Source of the DNA: Squalus acanthias
Lineage: Eukaryota
Assembly (NCBI GenBank): GCA_030390025.1
Contig: CM059433.1
Coordinates: 24,616,001 to 24,680,000 of the forward strand
DNA: 64,000 bases
Direction of reading: 5' to 3'
Shown here: one piece after another, positions 1-12,009 of the stretch
Position numbering within the stretch: position 1 is the first letter of the stretch
Layout of the letters: every line of letters begins with the position of its first letter
Translations under genes and position numbers: made by a program
The notes under the pieces: model-generated
What the model saw: only the letters and a program-made list of their open reading frames with translations
Database searches by the model: none
Told to the model about the DNA's origin: nothing

Positions 1-61
1 GAAAGGCTTGTGGTTTGAGGGGGAAGTGGTATGAGAGAAGAGGGAGAGGTGATGAATATAC

Positions 62-224
62 CATTGTTGTCCCCAAGGGGGTCGAGGTCTCCGACGGCCA
101 CAGCGCCCATGACATGGGTGGCAATGATGTGGCCCACTCGCTCCTCCAGGTCTGTAAGGGGGTGCAGGTCTGCCTCATCTCCTCCCATTCGTACCTGCTC
201 CCTCCTGTTGTGAAAAAACCTGGC
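62..224 (-). CDS. Harbinger Myb/SANT-like protein, exon 2
   Basis: Acceptor TTCCTTTTTCTTGCAG. Reads in frame with exon 1 as ARFFHNRREQVRMGGDEADLHPLTDLEERVGHII..., resembling the 'HNRRE..TGGG...LT..EERV' segment after the Myb domain in these proteins. GT donor at 61-60. Confidence 0.65.
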
Positions 225-453
225 CTGCAAGAAAAAGGAAAGGGTGTGAGTGAGTGTGCAGCTATGTGTTCGGCATATGTGCCTACCATAGTTGAATGTC
301 TGTTAATGTATGCAAGGCGTGAGACGTGCAAGTCACTTTTAGTAGGTGGGTATAGTTGGTGGGTGACTGTTGGGGATGTGGTGGTTTACACAGTGTGTGC
401 ACAGAGTGAGGTTGAGATGGTGGCATGTAGAGGTTTTTGAAGCATGTACTCAC

Positions 454-696
454 CCTGACCACCTGAGTGAGGTCGTTGAATTTCTTCCGGCACTGGGTGG
501 GAGTTCTGGGGACCACACTTCTGGCCGTCACGTGCTGGGCAACCTCCCTCCACATCCTCCTAGAGGCCTGTGGCAATGGCCTCCTGCCAGTGTCCGGGAA
601 GAGCACTGCCCATCGGTGTTCCACGGCCGCGACCAGAGCCTCCAAGACGTGGTCGCTGAACCGGCGAGCTCTCTGTCTGGGCATCTGATCAGCCAT
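454..696 (-). CDS. Harbinger-type Myb/SANT-like DNA-binding protein, exon 1 (transposon gene)
   Basis: MADQMPRQRARRFSDHVLEALV...MWREVAQHV...RTPTQCRKKFNDL is a trihelix Myb/SANT (Myb_DNA-bind_5-type) signature. A GTGAGT donor follows at 453-448 on the minus strand. Confidence 0.8.
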
Positions 697-1245
697 CAGT
701 TGCTTGAATGAAAGCTTACAGCTTCTTGCAGGCCCAGTTCACAAGCATCAATGATCAGAGTGAGGCTGTGCAGCATGATTGAGCCTCCCCTTTAAGAACT
801 GGAAGTGGCCAGTATGTCTGAGGACTCTTTAATTGACAGTGCCGGAACTTGATTAGCGCTTTGAAGGTAGCGCCCTGCTTTGCGACGTTAGCACCCAAGA
901 AGTGTGTAGCGCTTGATTTAGCGCTCCACCTCCCTCTTGGGGCGCTAAAACTCAATTTCGCGTTCACCGGCACTAATTAGCGCCCAGGCAATGTTAGCGC
1001 CCCAAAATGGTCGATACCGAATTTTTCCCCATAGTCTCAGGATAAGGGGTTGGCCATTTAGGACTGAGATAAGGAGAAATTTCTTCCTTCAGATGTTTGT
1101 GAATCTTTGGAATTCTCTATCCTAGAGGGCTGTGATGAGTATATTCAAGACTGAGGTCGATAGATTTTTGGGCACTAAGGGAATCAAAGGATATGGGGAT
1201 AGGGCAGGAAAGTGGAGTTGCTGTAGAAGTTCAGCCAAGATCTTA

Positions 1246-3503
1246 GGAAACAGTTAATTCAGAGACCATGGTCCAGAACTTAAATAAGGTCAACTTTGAG
1301 GGTATGAGGCGTGAATTGGCGAGGTTAGATTGGCAAGCGATATTTAAGGGGTTATCAGTGGAAGGGCAATGGCAGACATTTAGAGATCGCATGGATGAAC
1401 TACAGCAATTGTACATCCCTCTCTGGCATAAAAATAAAAAAGGGAAGGTGGCTCAACCATGGCTAACAAGGGAAATCAGGGATAGTATTAAAAGCAAGGA
1501 AGTGGCATACAAATTGGCCAGAAGTAGCAGCAAACCCGGGGACTGGGAGAACTTTAAAACTCAACAGAGGAGGACGAAGGGTTTGATTAGGGCAGGGAAA
1601 ATAAAATATGAAAGGAAGCTTGCGGAGAACATTAAAACGGACTGTAAAAGCTTCTATAAATATGTAAAAAGAAAGAGGTTAGTAAAAACAAATGTAGGTC
1701 CCCTGCAGTCAGAAACAGGGGAAGTCATAATGGGGAACAAAGAAATGGCAGCTCAATTGAACAAGTACTTTGGTTCGGTGTTTACTGTGGAGGACACAAA
1801 CAACCTTCCGGAAATAAAAGAGATCAAAGGATCTGGTAAGAGGGAGGAGCTGAGGGAAATCCTTATCAGTCGGGAAAAGGTGTTGGGGAGATTGATGGGA
1901 CTGAAGGCTGATAAATCCCCAGGGCCTGATGGTCTGCATCCCAGAGTACTTAAGGAGGTGGCCTTGGAAATAGTGGATGCATTGACGATCATTTTCCAAC
2001 ATTCCTTAGACTCTGGATCAGTTCCGAAGGAGTGGAGGGTGGCTAATGTAACCCCTCTTTTTAAAAAAGGAGGGAGGGAGAAAGCAGGGAATTATAGACC
2101 GGTCAGCCTGACATCGGTCGTGGGTAAAATGATGGAATCAATTATTAAAGATGTCATAACAGACCATTTGGAAAGTGGCGACATGATAGGTCCAAGTCAG
2201 CATGGATTTGTGAAAGGGAAATCATGCTTGACAAATCTTCTGGAATTTTTTGAGGATGTTTCCAATAGGGTGGACGGGGGGGAACCAGTAGATGTGGTGT
2301 ATTTGGACTTTCAGAAGGCCTTCGACAAGGTCCCACACAAGAGATTGGTGTGCAAAGTTAAAGCACATGGGATTGGGGGTAATGTGTTGACGTGGATTGA
2401 GAACTGGTTGGCACACAGGAAACAAAGAGTAGGAGTAAATGGGTACTTTTCAGAATGGCAGGCAGTGACCAGCGGGGTACCGCAGGGTTTGGTGCTGGGG
2501 CCCCAGCTGTTTACATTATATATTAATGATTTGGACGAAGGGATTAATTGTAATATCTCCAAATTTGCGGATGACACTAAATTGGGAGGCAGTGTGAACA
2601 ATGAGGAGGATGCTAGGAGGCTACAGAGTGACTTGGACAGGTTGGGTGAATGGGCAAATGTATGGCAGATGAAGTACAATGTGGATAAATGTGAGGTTAT
2701 CCACTTTGGTGGTAAAAATAGGGAGGCAGACTATTACCTGAATGGTGGCAGATTAGGGAAAGGGGAGGTGCAACGAGACCTGGGCGTCATGGTACATCAG
2801 TCACTGAAGGTGGGAAGGCAAGTGCAGCAGGCAGTCAAGAAAGCAAATGGCATGATGGCCTTCATAGCAAGGGGATTTGAGTACAGGAGTAGGGAGGTGA
2901 TGCTACAGTTGTACAGGGCCTTGGTGAGGCCACACCTGGAGTATTGTGTGCAGTTTTGGTCTCCTAACTTGAGGAAGGACATTCTTGCTATTGAGGGAGT
3001 GCAACGAAGGTTCACTAGATTGATTCCTGGGATGGCCAGACTGACATATCAAGAAAGACTGGATCAACTGAACTTGTATCCTCTGGAGTTCAGAAGAATG
3101 AGGGGGGATCTTATAGAGACGTTTAAAATCCTGACTGGTTTAGACAAATTAGATGCGGGCAGAATGTTTCCAATGTTAGGGAAAACTAAAACCAGGGGTC
3201 ACAGTCTAAGGATAAAGGGGAAGCCATTTAAGACTGAGATGAGGAGGAACTTCTTCACCCAGAGAGTGGTGAATCTGTGGAATTCTCTACCACAGAAGGT
3301 TGTTGAGGCCAGTTCGCTAAATATATTCAAAAGGGAGTTAGATATAATACTCACAACTAGGGGGATCAAGGGGTATGGCGAGAAAGCAGGAATGGGGTAC
3401 TGAGGTAGCATGTTCAGCCATGAACGCATTAAATGGCGGTGCAGGCTCGAAGGACCGAATGGTCTACTCCTGCAACTATTTTCTATGTTTCTATGTTTCT
3501 ATG
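1246..3503 (+). mobile_element. Young 5'-truncated CR1 LINE
   Basis: Uninterrupted ORF2 segment, CR1 3' UTR, (TTTCTATG)n tail; near-identical to 19382-21785. Confidence 0.95.
1268..3403 (+). CDS. CR1 ORF2 reverse transcriptase (N-terminally truncated, no APE endonuclease)
   Basis: 711 aa open frame with KSPGPDG, NYRPVSLTS, QHGF, YLDFQKAFDKV, GVPQG, FADD, RPHLEYC and RGH motifs. Confidence 0.9.
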   Translation: MVQNLNKVNFEGMRRELARLDWQAIFKGLSVEGQWQTFRDRMDELQQLYIPLWHKNKKGKVAQPWLTREIRDSIKSKEVAYKLARSSSKPGDWENFKTQQRRTKGLIRAGKIKYERKLAENIKTDCKSFYKYVKRKRLVKTNVGPLQSETGEVIMGNKEMAAQLNKYFGSVFTVEDTNNLPEIKEIKGSGKREELREILISREKVLGRLMGLKADKSPGPDGLHPRVLKEVALEIVDALTIIFQHSLDSGSVPKEWRVANVTPLFKKGGREKAGNYRPVSLTSVVGKMMESIIKDVITDHLESGDMIGPSQHGFVKGKSCLTNLLEFFEDVSNRVDGGEPVDVVYLDFQKAFDKVPHKRLVCKVKAHGIGGNVLTWIENWLAHRKQRVGVNGYFSEWQAVTSGVPQGLVLGPQLFTLYINDLDEGINCNISKFADDTKLGGSVNNEEDARRLQSDLDRLGEWANVWQMKYNVDKCEVIHFGGKNREADYYLNGGRLGKGEVQRDLGVMVHQSLKVGRQVQQAVKKANGMMAFIARGFEYRSREVMLQLYRALVRPHLEYCVQFWSPNLRKDILAIEGVQRRFTRLIPGMARLTYQERLDQLNLYPLEFRRMRGDLIETFKILTGLDKLDAGRMFPMLGKTKTRGHSLRIKGKPFKTEMRRNFFTQRVVNLWNSLPQKVVEASSLNIFKRELDIILTTRGIKGYGEKAGMGY

Positions 3504-3856
3504 AATGGTGGAGCAGCTCGATGGGCCATATGGCCTACTTCTGCTCCTATTTCCTATTTCTCATGTAAAAATTTTAGTTTTCTTGAACAAAACAATTATC
3601 ACGAACACTGTAATCCATTCATGAGTGTGTAAGTACCCTTTAAATTAAAACAATACTTGAAAGAATTTCCTTTCGAACGAGTTTAATTTGCTCTTTATAA
3701 AACAAATACTATTGCTGTCGGGCAAAGTTTCCTAGCCATATACCTTAGTTGTTCAAAGACTCACTTCACTAAGATCACTTCTACACCTTTTGCTGATGAA
3801 GTGTAATTGAATCTTTAAATTTAAAAGCCAATTATATGCATCAGTTGTTTCATAAT

Positions 3857-6709
3857 GGGCCAAATCTTGCTGTAGCAGGGCATCTAAGTGTTAGACCTGT
3901 CCTTGCACGTTTAGGTTTTTATGCGTGGGAAGTTGCTGAAAGTGCAAGCTGGTAATGTTGCAGCGAGGGAAACAGGGTATCTGGGACCTGAGTGAACAGG
4001 GCAACCAACTGTATACCTCTCGAACGAATCAGATTGAAGGATTGTGAAACTAACAGCGCAAGGACTGAGAAGTAAATGTAAATTAGAGCGGGTGAATTCA
4101 ATGCCAAATCAGGTACAGAAAGAGAAATAAAGAGGGGGAAAGAAAGATTGGATTAAGATAGAGAAAATAGGCAGAAACAAAAAGTTTAAACATTTTTTTT
4201 ACATCTTCAACAACAATTAAAACCTGAAGGAATGAGATTCCACATTTGGAACAGTTAATTATCAGTACCAGAAAGGTTGATTGGCACTAATTAACACGTA
4301 TCACATCGTTAAAAGGATACTTAGACTGGAATGGACAAGACTTAACTTTCTGTGGCAAGTTTAGTTTGTATCTAGCGTGCAAATACAACAACTTCACTTG
4401 AAGGTAAATCCGTGTCAGAGCAGTGGGAGGCATTCAAAGAGGAGATAGTGAGGGTTCAGAGCAAGTATGTTCCCTTAAAGAAAAAGGGTGGGACTAACAA
4501 ATCTAGAGCTCCCTGGATGTCAAGGGGCATACAGGGTAGGATAAAGAAAAAAGGGAAGGTTATGACAGATACCGAGGGCTCAATACTGCAGAAAGCTTAG
4601 AGGAGTATAGAAAGTGCAGGGGTGAAATTAGAAAGGAAATTAGGAAAGCAAAGAGAGGGCATGAAAAAATATTGGCAAGTAAAATCAAGGAAAACCCAAA
4701 GATGTTTTATAAATACATTAAGAGCAAGAGGATAACTAAAGTAAGAGTAGGGCCTATTCGGGACCATGAAGGTAGCCTGTGTGTGGAGGCGGAACACATG
4801 GGTATGGTTCTTCATGAATACTTTGAGTCTGTTTTCACAAAAGAGAGGGACGATGCAGACATTGCAATCAGGGAGGAGGAGTATGAAATATTAGATGAAA
4901 TAAGCATAGTGAAAGAGGAAGTATTAGGGGTTTAGCATCTTTGAAAGTGGATAAATCCCCAGGCCTGGATGAAATGTATCCCAGACTGTTAAGAGAAGTA
5001 AGAGAGGAAATAGCAGAGGCTTTGACCATCATTTTCCAATCCTCTCTGGCTACAGGTGTGGTGCCTGAGGACTGAAGGACTGCTAACGTGGTACAGTTGT
5101 TTAAAAATGGAGAAGGGGATAGACCAAGTAATTACAGGCCAGTCAGCCTAACCTCGGTGGTGGGAAAATTATTGGAAAAAATTCTGAGGGACTGGATAAA
5201 TCTTCATTTAGAAAGACACGGATTAATCAGAGACAGTCAGCATGGATTTGTTAAGGGAAGGTCGTGTCTGACTAACTTGATTGAAATTTTTGAGGAGGTA
5301 ACAAGGAGGGTCAATTAGGGTAGTGCGTTTGATGTAGTCTGTATGGATTTTAGCAAGTCTTTTGATAAGGTCCCGCATGGCAGACTGGTCATGAAATTAA
5401 AAGCCCTTGGGATCCAAGGCAAAGTGGCAAGTTGGATCCAAAATTGGCTCAGAGGCAGGAAACAAAGGGTAATGGTCGAAGGGTGTTTTTGTGACTGGAA
5501 GGCTGTTTCCAGTGGGGTTCCGCAGGGCTCAGTACTGGGTCCTTTGCTTTTTGTGGTATATATCAATGATTTGGACTTGAATGTTGGAAGTAAGATTATG
5601 AAGTTTGCAGATGATACAAAAATTGGCTGTGGAGTTGATAATGAAGAAGAAAGCTGTAGACTGCAGGGAGATATCAATGGACTGGTCTGGTGGGCAGAAC
5701 AGTGGCAAATGGAATGCAATCCGGAGAAGTGTGAGGTAATGCATTTGGGGAGGGCTAACAAGGCAAGGGAATGCACAATAAATGGTAGGACACTGAGAAG
5801 TGCAGAAGATCAGAGGGACCTTGGAGTGCATGTCCACAGATCCCTGAAGGTAGCAGGACAGGTAGATAAGGTGGTTAAGAAGGCATACGCGATACTTGCC
5901 TTTATTAGCCGAGGCATAGAATATAAGAGCAGGGAGGTTATGCTTGAACTGTATAAAACACTAGTTAGGCCGCAGCTAGAGTACTGCATGCACTTCTGGT
6001 CACCACATTACAGGAAGGATGTGATTGCACTAGAGGGGGTGCAGAGGAGATTTACGAGGATGTTGCCTGGGCTGGGGAATTTTAGCTTTGAGGAAAGATT
6101 GGATAGGCTGGGGTTGTTTTCTTTGGAACAGAGGAGGGCAAACCTAATTGAGGTGTATAAAATTATGAGGTGCCTAGATAGAGTGAATAGGAAGGACCTA
6201 TTTCCCTTAGCAGAGGGGTCAATAACCAGGGGGCATAGATTTAAAGTAATTGGTAGGAGGTTTAGAGGGGATTTGAGGAGAATTTTTTTTCACCCAGAGG
6301 GTGGTGGGGGTCTGGAACTCACTGCCTGAAAGGGTGGTAGAGGCAGAAACCCTCATCACATTTAAAAAGTACTTGGATATGCACTTGAAGTGCCGTAACC
6401 TACAAGGCTACGGACCAAGTGCTGGAAAGTGGGATTAGGGTGGATAGCTCTTTGTCGGCCGGCAGAGACAAGATGGGCCGAGTGGCCTCCTTCTGTGCTG
6501 TAAATTTCGATGATTCTATGATTCACGCCGTTCAATGCATTTCAGTGGAGAAGCAGAAATCGAGATGCCATTTTCACAAAGCTAATTTGAGTTTGATATT
6601 TGAGTTTTACCATGCATCTGCCCCTCACCTGAAGTTGCTGTACCATTTGTGCATAAATAACAGCGAGCACCATGAGCCTCACTGTTGTTTTGACAGCAAA
6701 GTCTGGGCC
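3857..6709. mobile_element. Harbinger-like MITE interrupted by a CR1
   Basis: Imperfect TIRs GGGCCAAATCTTGCTGT / GGCCCAGACTTTGCTGT with AAT/ATT flanks. A related sequence appears inverted at about 44900-45100. Confidence 0.55.
4397..6524 (+). mobile_element. CR1 LINE, second subfamily, disrupted ORF2
   Basis: ORF fragments 4412-4600, 4672-4935, 5088-5318 and 5343-6329 carry RT motifs ([12 protein letters not shown]); (ATTCTATG)-type tail. Confidence 0.92.
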
Positions 6710-6865
6710 ATTAATCCCTCCTGCAGATACAGACATTATTAGTTAATTGAGTGTCTCCATATCTTGGGGCTGCACATACAGTACATCAATTCCTTCAGTG
6801 CGGGAAGAAAGAAAAGACCAATACAAATGACAAAAGAAAAATGGAATGATTTTATTCACCAAGAG

Positions 6866-7080
6866 AAGAAAGAACTTGCATTTCTATAGCGCCTTTCACG
6901 TCCTCAGGATGCCCTAAAGCACTTCACAGCTAATTAAGTACTTTTGAACTGTAGTCACTGTCATGATATAAGGAAATGTGGCATTCAATTTGCACAGGAG
7001 GTCCCACAAACAGCAATGAGCTAAAGAACCAGATAATCTGTTTCAGTGATGTTGGATGAAGACTAAAAGTGGGTCGTGAA
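6866..7080 (-). mobile_element. Deu-type tRNA SINE, 3' part
   Basis: Matches the 3' portion of the full copy at 47340-47800. Confidence 0.75.
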
Positions 7081-8869
7081 CCCATGACCTGACTCAGAGA
7101 CAACAGTGCTATCACTGCATAGACAAGACTGATAAAATACAAAATAAAGGAAGCTGTGCAGAAGAAAGAATTTCTCCTTGAAAATTCTGACAGATAGTTA
7201 AGACGGTGGATAACAGCAGCATGCTGCTCCATTGTATGTTAGTAGTCACTTGAGAAAGGTATTTCTGAACAGACAAATTGTGCCATTTCAAAATATTGTA
7301 AACCTGTTATGTATGGACCACAAAAAAAGCATATTGCAGTTACAAATCTGTACAAAATCATCAGAATTTTAAAGTTACAGATCAGTAGCAAAAATCTGTT
7401 CTGTCATATTTTATCGATATATTTCTGTCTTCACTGCCTGGGCAGTAACCTGGGAGAGTGGATTACCTGACCATTCTAGAACCAGCCTGATTTTCATTCC
7501 ATTGATTTCATGGAATAAGCTACCAGATGTGTTTCTGGAAAAACAGGAGCCAAATGATATGCTGAGAAAGTATCGTTGAGATCAATCAAAAAGGATGTTT
7601 TTGTTGGATCAAATAATCTTTTTCTGTTCCTAAACTTTCCTTTTGTTTCTTTGGCAGTCAGTGAACCTTTTATGTAACTTTCTTGACTGAAGGACATTTA
7701 TAGTCATATTAATTTCATTGAAATTTAAAAATGCATCACCCAAGACTACTTTGTTCAGCTTAAAATATGACACAGATGATTTTAGCACGTCACTGTACTA
7801 TCTGAGCATTAATAGAGGCTATACTGCCTTATCTGGATTATGCTGTCGGGATATTTTGTTCTTTTTATAATTATGGATATATCATTTTGTTATGAGAAAT
7901 AAACATTCAGGAGTTTTTATTCACTCATTTTGATCTTAAATAAGAACAGATTTTTTTAAATCAAAGACACCGGAACCTGTTTTTGATTATCTTTTCTCCT
8001 CATTTAAATTGTGGCATGAAAATGGTTTGTAAAGTAGTGCTATGATGTTGGAGCCCAAGTGTTATAATTTTATAGCACTACTCCTACATTGTACTCTAAT
8101 GACAGAAGAAAACTGAGTGGGGATTTTATATGAATATAAATCAGGGCATACTTTCAAAAGTTTAATTCCACACAAAAATGTAATACACTTTTTATTGTTT
8201 TAGCCCTTCAATTTTCCATCCTCCCTTTCACCCCTGAAGGTATTGTCTGCCTCCGCAGGGTATGGTTCCATGCTCAGCAGTTGGCCTCTAATGCCTTGTC
8301 CTAGTAGCCCTTGTTTATGTGTGATCCTCGGTGATGACTATCAGGAGGCTTTTCAGTAATGAGTGGCCTAAGACTAATAAATTAAATTGTAATCTGGTTG
8401 GGGAGATGGTGTACTGGAACTACAGGTTGCTCCTTGTCCACATGTATGTGCATATTGGACCTCTGCTCTTCTACCTCCCTATCTGCCTTGAGTCATCTCA
8501 TATCCAGTCTTTGCCTTTCAAGCTCCCCTTCACTCTCCCTGACACACTGTATGATGTCTGCATCAATCTTCTACCTTGTTCATTGCTATTGCCCTCTGAG
8601 CTATCCTGCTGCTGCCAAAGCTCTTACCTTTCCTGGATTTTCTCACAGTCTCACTCTGTTCCAGCTGGGGTTCCTTTGTCAAATGCACTATGGCACACAT
8701 TTTTGGCTTTCTCCACCCATCCACCTGTGCTGTATCAGCCTCCTCTTCCAATACTTACCTGTCTGGGGGTTAACTTCTCTCACCCCTGTCTCCACTCCCA
8801 CACTCCCTACAAGTTTTCTTGTATTATTTCCAACTCCCACAATGATTTGACTGCCCAAGTCTCTTTTTC

Positions 8870-10060
8870 ATCAACAACAATAACAACAACGACTTGTATT
8901 TATATAGCGCCTTTAACGTAGTAAAACGTCCCAAGGTGCTGCACAGGAGTGTCATAAAACAAAATTTGACACCGAGCCCTATAAGGAGAAATTAGGGCAG
9001 ATGACAGGTGACGAAAGAAAACTACTAGGCACTTGGTCTAAGCGTTAAACAAAGCTTTAATCAACTGTTTTTCAACATGGACGTCTAGTTGTGTCCTTCA
9101 CTAGTTCCTGTTAAAGAATGTCCTGAGCAAGCTGGGCCCATGCCCGAGTATTTATACTCTCCCTGGACAGCGCCACCAGCAGGCCGCCCAGTATTATTTC
9201 ATAAGTCATTTCCACATGAATGACAAGATTCATGTCAACAGGTAGGTTTTATGGAGCATCTGAAAGGAAGAAAGAGAGGTGGCGAGGTTTAGGGAGGGAA
9301 TTCTAGAGCTTAGGGCCTAGGCAGCTGAAGGCACGGCCGCCAATGGTTGAGCGATTAAAATCAGAAATGCTCAAGAGGCCAGAATTAGAGGAGCGCAGAT
9401 ATCTCGGGGGAGTTGTGGGGCTGAAGGAGATTACAGAAATAGGGAGGGGCGAGGCCATGGAGGGATTTGAAAGCAAGGATGAGAATTTTAAAATCGAGGC
9501 ATTGCTTAACTGCGAGCCAATGTAGGTCAGCGAGCACAGGGGTGATGGGTGAACGGGACTTGGTGCGAATTAGGACACGGGCAGCCGAGTTTTGGATCAC
9601 CTCAAGTTTACGTAGGCCAGCCAGGAGTGCGTTGGAATAGTCAAGTCTAGAGGTAACAAAGGCATGGATAAGGGTTTCAGCAGCAGATGAACTGAGGCAG
9701 GGGCGGAGACGGGCAATGTTACGGAGGTGGAAATAGACGGTCTTAGTTATGGCACGGATATGTGGTCAGAAGCTCATTTCAGGGTCAAATATGACACCAA
9801 GGTTGCGAACAGTCTGGTTCAGCCTTAGACAGATGCTAGGGAGAGGGATGGAATCGGTGGCTAGGGAACGGAGTTTGTGGTGGAAACCGAAGACAATGGC
9901 TTCGGTCTTCCCAATATTTAATTGGAGGAAATTTCTGCTCATCCAGTACTGGGTGTCAGAGTCTGACACTTTAGAGACCGTGGAGGGGTCGAGAGAAGTG
10001 GTAATGAGGTAGAGCTGGGTGTCGTCAGTGTACAGGTGGAAAATGACGCTGTGTTTTCAT
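8870..10060 (-). mobile_element. L2 LINE 3' fragment (interrupted by solo LTR)
   Basis: Minus-strand ORF pieces WMSRNFLQLNIGKTE, RNLGVIFD and IQNSAARVL...ITPVLADLHWL; L2 tail GCGCTATATAAAT plus (GTT)n. Confidence 0.88.
9009..9237 (-). mobile_element. Solo LTR, 229 bp
   Basis: TGAC...GTCA termini and an exact 5-bp TSD ACAGG (9004-9008, 9238-9242). The minus strand has TATAAATA, then ATTAAA about 45 nt before the end. Confidence 0.8.
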
Positions 10061-10751
10061 CCTACAAAACATTTGCTCTGTTTGCGAACAAATTCTTCCC
10101 CAAACATGACTTCATCCTGGATTTGCATTGACTAAATCCTGGTTCAATGATAGTAACTCCTTCTTTCTCACCAATGCCATTCCACCCAGCTATGTGTTCC
10201 AACATGCCCCACCTGAACTGTTGTGAAGGTGGTGTGGCACTCACCTCCAGAGCTCACTTTACCCTATCCACAAAATTCTCTGGCACTTTCTTCACCTTAT
10301 GAACACTTCACATTCCATCACCGTTACCACCTATCATTCATTGCAATTGCCTCTTTAACAGTTTTGGACTTTTTGCGCTAGAAATTGCCTCAGGTTCAAT
10401 GTCATTGGTCATTACAGTAAGCGGGTTTTGAATTCCCTATGATCTGAGTGCACCCTTTTCTGCCCAATATAATATTAAACAATAGCATGACCCACGAATC
10501 GTTACAAAGAATCTTTACTCCACGCATCAGCTACTGGAATATATCATGTGAATTCTCCTCTCTTTACAAAAGGTGGACTAAATAAGCATTCGACTGAGAC
10601 TAGACACAGGCTTTGAACCAATAAGGCATATGAATGAACAATATCCCGTTTTCACAGTTAGCATATATAATTCCCTACTCTCCGTGATCTATGAAAACAA
10701 AAGTGAGAAGTCGCACAACACCAGGTTATAGTCCAAGAGCTTTATTTGAAA

Positions 10752-10788
10752 TCACAAGCTTTCGGAGCGCTGCTCCTTCGTCAGGTGA
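10752..10788 (-). ncRNA. Minimal type-I hammerhead ribozyme motif (family B)
   Basis: UCAC-CUGACGA-A-GGAGC-AGC-GCUCC-GAAA-GCUU-GUGA. Confidence 0.75.
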
Positions 10789-11112
10789 AGTGAAGAAATA
10801 CATATGGGCACAGCATATATAGTCAGAGAACAATGCCAGACGACTACAGTTAATCTTTCTAACTGCCCTTTATCACGCCTCGGCAGAGAGACAATCACGG
10901 CAATCAAAGGTGTGGATGGTGTCCAAACAGGTCAGTCAGGAAAACATTACATCAAAGACAATAGCAAAATACAACAAAGACGATGCGGCCGGACCTGCTG
11001 TGATTTCCAGCAAAAAAAGTAAAAAGTTTTTTGTTTTCCATACAGACTCCAGCATCTGCCACATTTGACCCCTTGTGACCCCACCTCATTGTCTTTGTTG
11101 TATTTTGCTATT

Positions 11113-11835
11113 GGCCCAGAAATTGATCTCGCTCTGTTCCCGCGGGGGTAAGCCTTCCCCGCGATGTCTCACCTCGCTTGTGCTTTTTCAGATCCAGCTC
11201 GCACGAACTTGATGTTCTGGACAGCTGCTGTGCAGTGCTTGCGTATCCCACCGGCGTAGTGAATTCGTGCGAGCTGTGGGATCACGTGACTCAGTTAGAG
11301 CCAATGGCAGCACACCATCTTCCATTCATAAGTTTCACAGACCTGCTGTGAAATCTATGAATCTTACACCCCCCCAAAATAACAGCTAAACCTCAATTAA
11401 ATTTAAAAAAAAAACCATCACATTAATAAAATAAGTATAGTTAATTAAATTAACCATTTTAAATAAAAAATTAAATTTTTGAAAAAATTTAAAATCTTTT
11501 AAAAAGTTATAAAAATAAACTTACCTGTCTTTAAAGTCTCTAAAAAAGATATACCTGTTAAAAAAAATTCAAAAAAATACTTAATTCACTACTTACCTTC
11601 TTAAAAGTGGGTCTTACTCCTCCTTTTTACATTTCCAAAATCTTCAGTACTTACCTGCGCGTCCAAAGCATGAAGTGCACAGCGTGCGCGCAGCCTGTAG
11701 CGCGCACGCGATGCACTGAGGACCCGCCCCCTTTTCAGAAGAGCAATTGCCGGTTTTCAGCGCATGCGCAGGGCATGCAGAAAACCGGCAATTGGAGTGG
11801 GAATACGCGAGAGTCGCGGGATCAATTTTCGGCCC
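11113..11835. mobile_element. Harbinger-like MITE, 723 bp
   Basis: 20-bp TIRs with 4 mismatches (GGCCCAGAAATTGATCTCGC) and ATT TSD. The empty site is visible in the opposite foldback arm. A second copy is at 59736. Confidence 0.85.
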
Positions 11836-12009
11836 ATTGTCTTTGATGTAATGTCTTCCTGACTGACCTGGTTGGACACCATCCACACCTTTGTTTGCCG
11901 TGATTGTCTCTCTGCCGAGGCGTGATAAAGGGCAGTTAGAAAGATTAACTGTAGTCGTCTGGCATTGTTCTCTGACTATATATGCTGTGCCCATATGTAT
12001 TTCTTCACT

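Larger units (their letters stand above)
1..1030 (-). mobile_element. PIF/Harbinger DNA transposon, one end (continues beyond window start)
   Basis: Myb/SANT gene, clustered subterminal TAGCGC motifs at 854-1000, and terminus GGGGAAAAATTCGG (minus strand) ending at 1030 next to CR1 sequence. Confidence 0.7.
1031..3566 (+). mobile_element. Older CR1 3' fragment (1031-1245 and 3504-3566) split by a younger CR1
   Basis: The CR1 3' UTR 'cagccaagatctta / tgaatggtggagcag...tggcctacttctgctcctatttc' is interrupted by the 1246-3503 element. Confidence 0.75.

Noticed and set aside
1709..3429. Short ORFs antisense to CR1 (also 5315-5837, 19867-21654, 31051-32055)
   Set aside because: Shadow frames of LINE ORF2.
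8331..8921. 196-aa and 150-aa ORFs
   Set aside because: Pyrimidine-rich low-complexity sequence with no domain or splice support.
11647..11660. U1 snRNA gene or pseudogene (TACTTACCTG)
   Set aside because: Only the first ~10 nt match; no U1 body follows.
10804..11994. Twin ORFs MGTAYIVREQ... on opposite strands
   Set aside because: They are mirror products of the foldback arms, with no recognisable domain.
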